Shown here: positions 55,189 through 62,106 of the stretch, piece by piece
Position numbering within the stretch: position 1 is the first letter of the stretch
How the letters are laid out: each line of letters begins with the position of its first letter
Source of the DNA: an uncultured Anaerolineales bacterium
Lineage (GTDB): Bacteria; Chloroflexota; Anaerolineae; UBA2200
Reading direction: 5' to 3'
Assembly (NCBI GenBank): GCA_964478075.1
Contig: CAYZGO010000007.1
Coordinates: forward strand, 22,975-86,974
Length of the DNA stretch: 64,000 nt
Notes under the pieces: model-generated
What the model was told of the DNA's origin: nothing
Database searches by the model: none
The model's input: the letters and a program-made list of their open reading frames with translations, nothing else
Translations under genes and position numbers: made by a program

Positions 55189-57549
55189 GTGAAACGCAAC
55201 ACAGGCAGGCTCCTCGACTTGATCATCAAACACCAGCTTGTGCTGCTTGCCGCCGCTGTCCCCGTGCTGGTCTTGCCGCGTTCCTACCTCTGGAAGTGGC
55301 AGCAGGGCCTTACAACCTATGCGCCCCTGGGGGACGAGGCGGCAGCGGGCCTGAGTCCCCTGACCTGGGCTGCGTTGGGGCTCGTCGCCCTGCCCTGGCT
55401 GCTGCGCCTGGTCCGCCAGCGCCGGTTCAGTCAGCGCACCCCCCTCGACTGGCCCATCGCGCTGACCCTGCTCAGTGCAGCCATCGGGATCTGGCCTTCG
55501 GTGGACCGCCTCTTCAGCGTGGAGCGCTTCCTGGGGCTGGTGGCAGGTGTGGCGCTGTGCTATGGCCTGGTCAACAGCATCAACACCGAAAGGCGACTGC
55601 AGGGGATGGTGGCGCTGTTCCTGGCCGGCGGGGTGGCGCTGGCCCTGCTGGGCTTCGCCCTGACCGACTGGACGGCGGTGAACTCACCGCTGGCGGCTGT
55701 CCTGGCACCGGTCTATGCGATGCTGGCCGGGCTGCCCAAACTGGGGGCCAAGCGACTCAACGACAGCCTCGTGGCCAGCACGCTGATCATCTTTGTGCCG
55801 CTGGCGCTGTGCCTGCTCCTGGCGCCCGTCCGGCGGCGCATCAAGCCGTTCCTGGCGCTGGTGGCTCTGCTGGCCGCTGGCTACACCGTTTTGGCTTGGT
55901 CCCGCGGCGAGCTGCTGGCGCTGGGACTGACGCTGCTGCTCCTGCCCGCCTTAGTCAGGCGCCGCTGGCGCATCCTGCTGCTGGCCATCGCTGGGGCAGC
56001 CGTTGTCGCTCTCGTCATCCTGTTGGCTGTGCAACCCGCTAACCTTTCGGTTAGCAGCCTGCTAGCCCAACTGCGTCCCAGTCGTTGGCAGGTCTGGACG
56101 CGGGCCCTGCTCATGATGCGCGACTATCCCTTGACCGGCATCGGGTTGGACACCTTCCGCATCATCGCCCAGAACGAGTATCCTTACTTCAACTATGCCT
56201 TTAACCAGAGCGAGCATGCCCACAACGTCTTCCTGCAGGCGGGCGTGGATCAGGGAATCCTGGGCCTTATCGCCCTCCTTTGGCTGGTCGTCGCCTTCTT
56301 TCGCATGGTTGCTCGGATCTCAAGTCCCAGGCTCGAGACGCTGGGCCAGTCGGACGATCAGTCATCAGTTATCAGCTATCAGTTATTAGTCATTGGCCTC
56401 TCCGCCGGCTTTACCGCCTTTCTCATCAGCGGCCTGTTCGATCTGCTGGGCGGTCCCCGCGCAGGCCTGGTCCTGTGGGCGCTGTTGGGGTTAGCGGCTG
56501 CAGCGTGCAAACTGTGCCCTGCGCCTGCCGTGAGCCCGTCGAAGGCCATCACGGCTCACGCTTCACGTTTCACGTTTCACGTCTCACGCCTGACGTCTCA
56601 CGCTTCACTCCTAGCGGCAGTCATCGTCCTGGTGCTCGTCGTCGCATTCCTGACCTATCCCATCGTCGCCAGTGCCTACTACGACAATCTCGGGTGCGTG
56701 GAGCGGGGGCGGGGCTGGCTGTGGCGGGAAGCGAGTGAAGAGCAGCGGCGCGCTTGTGCGCAGTCGGCGCTGGCCCACTTCCAGCAGGCGCTGGCGCTGT
56801 GGCCGGGCAACGCCGCTGCCCAACGCCACCTGGGAACCCTGTGCTACCACGCCCAACACCCGGAGGAAGCGGTCGTCCGGCTGCTGGGGATGCCTGGCGC
56901 TGAATACCATCCGGGCTTCCTGGCCTTCTACGATGAGGTGGCAAAGGCCGTGGGTGCCGAAGCTGCTTTGCCTCACCTGGAGCAGGCTGTGGCTCTGGCC
57001 CCCTACGATTTTCTGGCCCATTTGTTCCTGGCCGAGGCTTATCGGGCTGATGGGCGGGTGGCGGAGGCGGTGGATCAGTACGCGGCGGCCGGCATCGAAC
57101 TCGACAGGGTGCTCTGGGATGCGGGGCGAAGGTGCAGGGGCGATGCTTCAACCGAGGAGGCCATGGTGCACTACGAGATCGCCGCGCGCCTCTTTCCTGC
57201 GTCGCCCCTGCCTGGCTACGGCCGGGGAGACTGCCTGCGGGGGCGCGGCTCATACGACGAAGCGGTGGCCGCCTATCAGCAGGCCATCGCTCTGGACAAT
57301 GACAACTCCCTCCGCAAGCACCAGACCCTGCGCTGGATATGCAGCTACCAGCAGGAGTGGGATCGCGCCATCGCCGCCTACGAGCGGGCGGTCCGGCTGG
57401 ACCCCAATAATGCGTCCTACCAGGTGAGGCTGGGCGATCTGTACCGGGATGCCGGCCGGCCTGGTGACGCCAGGGCTGCCTACCAAGCTGCTCTGACCTT
57501 GCGTCCAGATGACGAGTACATCAAGCAGCAGCTTGCTCAGTTGCCGTGA
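55189..57549 (+). CDS. O-antigen ligase/Wzy-like membrane domain fused to a C-terminal TPR-repeat domain
   Basis: 786 aa. N-terminal 12 TM helices with a ligase-like loop (GIGLDTFRIIAQNEY...HAHNVFLQAGVDQG), and a C-terminal region of about 320 aa of TPR repeats (AYQQAIALDNDN, AYERAVRLDPNN, AYQAALTLRPDD). Confidence 0.7.
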   Translation: MKRNTGRLLDLIIKHQLVLLAAAVPVLVLPRSYLWKWQQGLTTYAPLGDEAAAGLSPLTWAALGLVALPWLLRLVRQRRFSQRTPLDWPIALTLLSAAIGIWPSVDRLFSVERFLGLVAGVALCYGLVNSINTERRLQGMVALFLAGGVALALLGFALTDWTAVNSPLAAVLAPVYAMLAGLPKLGAKRLNDSLVASTLIIFVPLALCLLLAPVRRRIKPFLALVALLAAGYTVLAWSRGELLALGLTLLLLPALVRRRWRILLLAIAGAAVVALVILLAVQPANLSVSSLLAQLRPSRWQVWTRALLMMRDYPLTGIGLDTFRIIAQNEYPYFNYAFNQSEHAHNVFLQAGVDQGILGLIALLWLVVAFFRMVARISSPRLETLGQSDDQSSVISYQLLVIGLSAGFTAFLISGLFDLLGGPRAGLVLWALLGLAAAACKLCPAPAVSPSKAITAHASRFTFHVSRLTSHASLLAAVIVLVLVVAFLTYPIVASAYYDNLGCVERGRGWLWREASEEQRRACAQSALAHFQQALALWPGNAAAQRHLGTLCYHAQHPEEAVVRLLGMPGAEYHPGFLAFYDEVAKAVGAEAALPHLEQAVALAPYDFLAHLFLAEAYRADGRVAEAVDQYAAAGIELDRVLWDAGRRCRGDASTEEAMVHYEIAARLFPASPLPGYGRGDCLRGRGSYDEAVAAYQQAIALDNDNSLRKHQTLRWICSYQQEWDRAIAAYERAVRLDPNNASYQVRLGDLYRDAGRPGDARAAYQAALTLRPDDEYIKQQLAQLP

Positions 57550-57649
57550 GAGCCGGAGCTGTTCCCCTCTCCCGAGCTTGGGAGAGGGGCCAGGGGTGAG
57601 GGCCACAGCGGCAAACTCCCCCCAGGTATGCAGCAACCCAAAAACCATC

Positions 57650-58021
57650 ATGCGTGTGCTATTCATCGTCCCTTACGTCCCGAACCTGATACGGGTGCGG
57701 CCCTACAACCTGATCCGGCACCTGGCGGCCCGCGGGCACGAGGTCACGGTTCTGACCTTGTGGTCCAGCGAAGAGGAGCGCGCCGACGGCGAGGCGTTGA
57801 AGCAGCACTGCCACAGCGTCGTCGCCCTGCCGCTGCCCCGCTGGCGCTCCCTGTGGAACTGCCGGCCGGCTTTGCGGACACACGTGGGGCTTCGGGCGAT
57901 CTATTGCCACGCACCAGAGCTTGCCGCCCTGCTCGGGCTCTTTCGCCCACGTACTTCTCCGTGCGCTTCGAGCCCCTTGACTCAGAGAGAGCAAAGGACT
58001 GAGTACCATGGTGATTGCTAA
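57650..58021 (+). pseudogene. Truncated 5' duplicate of the GT4 gene at 59291
   Basis: The first 214 nt (57650-57863) are about 93% identical to 59291-59504 (MRVLFIVPYVPNLIRVRPYNLIRHLAARGHEVTVLTLWSSEEERAD...). The sequence then diverges and runs into the next gene. Confidence 0.65.
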
Positions 58022-59294
58022 GCTTATCTCCTCTATCGCATGTCTAGCAGCCCGCAGACAAGTAATAGTTCTGTTTTGCGCAGCAGCTGTGATCAGGTTG
58101 GCCTATGTAGCTACGCTCCCAAGCAGTCTGCGCTTTGATGAGGCCTACTACCAGGATATGGCAGATCACTTGTTGGCCGGAGACGGTTTTACCTTTTCAT
58201 TCAGTGCGTGGCACACAGGTCTCCCCTGTCGACCCACCTCAGTTCAGGAACCACTGTTTCCAATGCTCCTAGCCGGGGTGTACCATGTATTTGGAATCCA
58301 CAATTATCTTGCGGCTCGCGTCGTTCAATGCATCATCAGCTCGTTTACAGTGATATGTGTCTATGCCATCAGTCTCTTGGCCTTTGATCGACCCAAAGCG
58401 CTACTAGCAGGCTCGTTCGCGGCAATTTACCCGCCTTTGGTATTCTTCAACGGCTACCTTATGACTGAGACGCTCTATATCGCGTTTCTGGCGGGCATGA
58501 TCCTATTTGCGGCTCTGACTGCCAACTCTCAATCAAGGTTGTCTGCTTGCGCCACGGGAGTGCTGTTCGGCCTGGCTTGCTTGACGCGGGGTCTTATCCA
58601 AGCCTTCTTGCCCGGGTTGTTGGTCTGGCTGTGGCTTGCGCTACGTTGCCAGTGGCGTGTTCGGATAGGTACATGCTTACTTGTCATGATAGGGGGCGTC
58701 TTGGCCATCGCCCCTTGGACAATCAGGAATTATGCGGTGCACAAGGCCTTCATTCCCGTCACAACCAAGGGGGGCTGGGTATTGTATTTCTATACCTATC
58801 CCGCTCCTAATCTGAATTTCAATGATAGATGGGACGAGATCCGTATCCCTAGTATGCCCTCTTCTTACACAGAGATACAGCGCAACCAGGAATTCACTCG
58901 CTTGGCAATGAAAAACATCAGAAACAATCCGAGACTGATGGTGCGCTTTGCTGTGGCCAAGCTGGCTGACTTCTGGAATCCGCTCCTGAAGGGTTGGCAT
59001 CCCGTCTTGTCCCTTCTAAACATATGTACGTTCGGCATCGCCACGGCCTTTGCCGCCTCTCGTCTGATACCTGCCTTGCGCCTGCGTCAAGTAGCGCCGA
59101 TTCCACTGCTTCTGTGGTTGATAATTGGGTACTATGCAGCGATGGCCACGCTGTTTACGGGAGGTGGAAAGGCACGTCTCCCTGTTGAGCCCTTCTTGAT
59201 CGTACTTGCAAGTGATGGGGTAGTCGCTTTGCTGCGGAAGAGTGGTTGGCGTTGCAACAGCTTGTCTCGGCATGCCGGGGTGGGCTCGCAATGA
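58008..59294 (+). CDS. GT-C fold membrane glycosyltransferase (GT39/ArnT-like)
   Basis: 428 aa and multi-TM. The first loop LRFDEAYYQDMADHL carries the DE motif of the family. Low GC. Confidence 0.65.
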   Translation: MVIAKLISSIACLAARRQVIVLFCAAAVIRLAYVATLPSSLRFDEAYYQDMADHLLAGDGFTFSFSAWHTGLPCRPTSVQEPLFPMLLAGVYHVFGIHNYLAARVVQCIISSFTVICVYAISLLAFDRPKALLAGSFAAIYPPLVFFNGYLMTETLYIAFLAGMILFAALTANSQSRLSACATGVLFGLACLTRGLIQAFLPGLLVWLWLALRCQWRVRIGTCLLVMIGGVLAIAPWTIRNYAVHKAFIPVTTKGGWVLYFYTYPAPNLNFNDRWDEIRIPSMPSSYTEIQRNQEFTRLAMKNIRNNPRLMVRFAVAKLADFWNPLLKGWHPVLSLLNICTFGIATAFAASRLIPALRLRQVAPIPLLLWLIIGYYAAMATLFTGGGKARLPVEPFLIVLASDGVVALLRKSGWRCNSLSRHAGVGSQ

Positions 59295-60577
59295 GGATAC
59301 TATTCGTCGTCCCTTACGTCCCTAACCTGATACGGGTGCGGCCCTACAACCTGATCCGGCACCTGGCGGCGCGCGGCCACGAGGTCACGGTTCTGACCTT
59401 GTGGTCCAGCGAAGAGGAGCGCGCGGATGCCGAGGCGTTGAAGCAGCACTGCCACAGCGTCGTCGCCTTGCCGCTGCCCCGCTGGCGCTCCCTGTGGAAC
59501 TGCCTGCGAGCACTGCCGACGCCTGTACCACTGCAGGCGGTCTACTGTTGGCAGCCAGCCCTGGCCGAGGAGATCGCTCGTCGTGTATCGCCCGTGCGGC
59601 CGACGCACAGGCAAACCGCAGATTGCATTTCCCCGTCAGGCACGCGTGATAAGCGATACGACGTCGTCCACGTGGAGCACCTGCGCGGCGCCCGCTACGG
59701 CCTTGCAGCCCGCAATGCGCAATCGGCCATCCCCGTCGTCTGGGACTCTGTGGACTGCATCAGCCTCCTGTTCGAGCAAACTCTGCAGAGAGGCCCCAGC
59801 CTGGGCAGCCGCTTGAAAGCCTGGCTGGATTTGGAGAGGACGAGGAGATATGAGGGCTGGCTCGTGAGGCAGTTTGACCGGGTGCTGGTCACCTCACAGG
59901 CAGACCGTCGCGCCCTGCAAGACCTGGCTTTGTGTTCCCTGCAGCCTGCAGCCTTGAGCCTTGAATCTGGGACCATCACCGTCCTCGCCAACGGCGTTGA
60001 CCTCGACCACTTCAAGCCGCTGGACGTCCCCCGGGACCCTGCCACTCTCATTCTGACCGGCAAGATGAGCTATCACGCCAACGTGGCTGCGGCCCTCTAC
60101 CTTGTGCGCGAGATCATGCCTCTGATATGGGCCAGACAGCCGGATGTCAAGCTCCACATCGTCGGCAAGGATCCAGCTAAGGAGATACGGGCAGTGGGCA
60201 GCGATCCACGGGTAACGGTAACGGGCTATGTCCCCGATATGCGGCCCTATCTGGCCCAGGCCACCGTCGCCGTCTGCCCGGTCCTTTACAGCGCGGGCAT
60301 CCAGAACAAGGTGCTGGAGGCGATGGCCATGGGCACACCGGTGGTTGCTACGCCGCAATCCTGTGCCGCCCTGGAGGTTGTCCATGGCGAGAACGTCCTC
60401 ATCGCGGGAGAGCCGGAGGCGTTTGCCCAGCGTGTGCTGGAGCTGCTGGATGATGAGGGGGTAAGGGAGACAATGGGGAGGAATGGCAGGAGGTACGTGG
60501 AGGAGCACCACGACTGGCGAGACGTGACACAGAGGCTAGAGGAGGTTTATCAAGAAGTGATCGGGAGGAGGCAGTGA
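59291..60577 (+). CDS. GT4 (group 1) glycosyltransferase
   Basis: GT-B C-terminal motifs ILTGKMSYHANVAA and VLEAMAMGTPVVAT. ATGA overlap with the upstream gene. Confidence 0.8.
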   Translation: MRILFVVPYVPNLIRVRPYNLIRHLAARGHEVTVLTLWSSEEERADAEALKQHCHSVVALPLPRWRSLWNCLRALPTPVPLQAVYCWQPALAEEIARRVSPVRPTHRQTADCISPSGTRDKRYDVVHVEHLRGARYGLAARNAQSAIPVVWDSVDCISLLFEQTLQRGPSLGSRLKAWLDLERTRRYEGWLVRQFDRVLVTSQADRRALQDLALCSLQPAALSLESGTITVLANGVDLDHFKPLDVPRDPATLILTGKMSYHANVAAALYLVREIMPLIWARQPDVKLHIVGKDPAKEIRAVGSDPRVTVTGYVPDMRPYLAQATVAVCPVLYSAGIQNKVLEAMAMGTPVVATPQSCAALEVVHGENVLIAGEPEAFAQRVLELLDDEGVRETMGRNGRRYVEEHHDWRDVTQRLEEVYQEVIGRRQ

Positions 60578-62046
60578 ACGCCGTAGCTGAATCATCCCCA
60601 CCGAAGACCAGGCCGAGCATATCCCGCAGAGCCCCAAGCCGCCTCCTTGTCGGCACCCTGCTCCTCGGCGACTCTGCAGCGATTGGAGCTGCCTTTGCTG
60701 TGGCTTACGCCGTGCGCTTCAAGACCAGTTTGCCGGTCTTCCAAGCGGTTGTGCCGTCCCTGCAGTTCTATTTCAGTTTGATTCTCATCTTGATCCCTTT
60801 CTGGCTTCTCATCTTCGCCGTATCCGGCCTGTACGACGAGCGCAACCTGTTGGGCGGAACTGGTGAATACGCCAGAGCCTTCAATGCCTGCACTGCGGCA
60901 ATGATGCTCATCATCACGGCCGGTTTCCTGGAGCCGACGTTTGTCATCGCCAGGGGCTGGCTGCTCCTCTCCTGGGGTCTCACATTTCTCTTCGTGGTCA
61001 CGACTCGTTTCTTCCTGCGGCGCGCATTCTACCGCCTGCGGAAGCGAGGTTACTTCCTCTATCGCACCCTGATCATCGGAGCCAATGAGGAGGGGAAGGC
61101 CCTGGCGGAGCAACTGCAGCACTGGCCCGCTTCTGGCCTGCAGTTGGTCGGCTTCGTGGATGACGCCCTGCGGCCAGGGACCGAGGTGCTGAACGGGCTG
61201 CGGGTGCTGGGGCCTACGGAGGAGCTGCAGGCGCTGGTTCAAGAGCACGGGGTGCGCGAGTTGGTCGTCGCTACCACGGCCCTGCCTCGCCGCACGCTGC
61301 TGGGCATATTCCAGCAGTATGGTACCTCGCCCCTCGTCAACATCCGCCTCTCCTCCGGCCTGTTTGAGATCATTACCACCGGCGTGCAGGTCAAGGAGAT
61401 AGCCAACGTTCCCCTTGTGAGCGTCAACCGGCTGCGCCTGACGGGGATCGAGGTGGCGCTGAAAACGATGTTGAACTATGCTATTGTCCTGCCAGGTCTG
61501 ATCGCCATCTCTCCCCTCCTATTGCTCCTCGCCGTGGCGGTCAAGTTGGATTCGCGCGGTCCGGTCCTCCACCGGCGTCGGGTGATGGGGATGGGTGGAC
61601 GGGAGTTTGACGCCTTCAAGTTCCGTACCATGCACATGGACGCCCATGCGATTCTGGAGGCCTACCCGGAGTTGAAGGCAGAGTTGCAGAGCAACTACAA
61701 GCTGAAGGACGATCCCCGGGTGACCCGGGTGGGGCGCTTTCTGCGTCGCTGGAGTCTGGACGAGCTGCCTCAGCTTTTCAACGTGCTCAAGCGGGACATG
61801 AACCTGGTAGGGCCGCGGATGATCTCGCCGCCGGAGGTCAAGGAATACGGCAAGTGGGGGATGAACCTGCTGACGCTGCGGCCGGGGCTCACCGGACTGT
61901 GGCAGGTATCGGGCCGCTCCGACGTGACTTATGAGGAGCGGGTGCGGCTTGACATGCAGTACATTCGCAATTATAGTATCTGGCTGGATCTGCACATTCT
62001 GATTCAGACGATCCCTGCGGTGCTGCACGGTAGGGGGGCACGCTAA
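60574..62046 (+). CDS. Polyprenyl-phosphate hexose-1-phosphate transferase (WbaP/CpsE-like initiating sugar transferase)
   Basis: 490 aa. N-terminal TM helices, a Rossmann-like linker (LIIGANEEG) and the C-terminal bacterial sugar transferase domain (KFRTMHMDA...RVTRVGRFLRRWSLDELPQLFNVLKRDMNLVGPR). Confidence 0.85.
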   Translation: MNAVAESSPPKTRPSISRRAPSRLLVGTLLLGDSAAIGAAFAVAYAVRFKTSLPVFQAVVPSLQFYFSLILILIPFWLLIFAVSGLYDERNLLGGTGEYARAFNACTAAMMLIITAGFLEPTFVIARGWLLLSWGLTFLFVVTTRFFLRRAFYRLRKRGYFLYRTLIIGANEEGKALAEQLQHWPASGLQLVGFVDDALRPGTEVLNGLRVLGPTEELQALVQEHGVRELVVATTALPRRTLLGIFQQYGTSPLVNIRLSSGLFEIITTGVQVKEIANVPLVSVNRLRLTGIEVALKTMLNYAIVLPGLIAISPLLLLLAVAVKLDSRGPVLHRRRVMGMGGREFDAFKFRTMHMDAHAILEAYPELKAELQSNYKLKDDPRVTRVGRFLRRWSLDELPQLFNVLKRDMNLVGPRMISPPEVKEYGKWGMNLLTLRPGLTGLWQVSGRSDVTYEERVRLDMQYIRNYSIWLDLHILIQTIPAVLHGRGAR

Positions 62047-62106
62047 TATCTCGCTGATTGGCCGCGTCGCTCTGTCGCCCATTCGTACAAGAAGGAGAAC
62101 GACTCA

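Noticed and set aside
55185-56042. A 285-aa ORF in an alternative frame overlapping the 5' half of the Wzy-TPR gene.
   Set aside because: The translation is Ala/Gly/Pro/Arg-rich. The 55189 frame gives 12 coherent TM helices continuous with the TPR domain.
57509-58021. The 170-aa ORF treated as an intact gene.
   Set aside because: Only the segment from the ATG at 57650 matches the GT4 N-terminus. The rest has no GT-B motifs and runs into the next gene, so it is annotated as a truncated duplicate.
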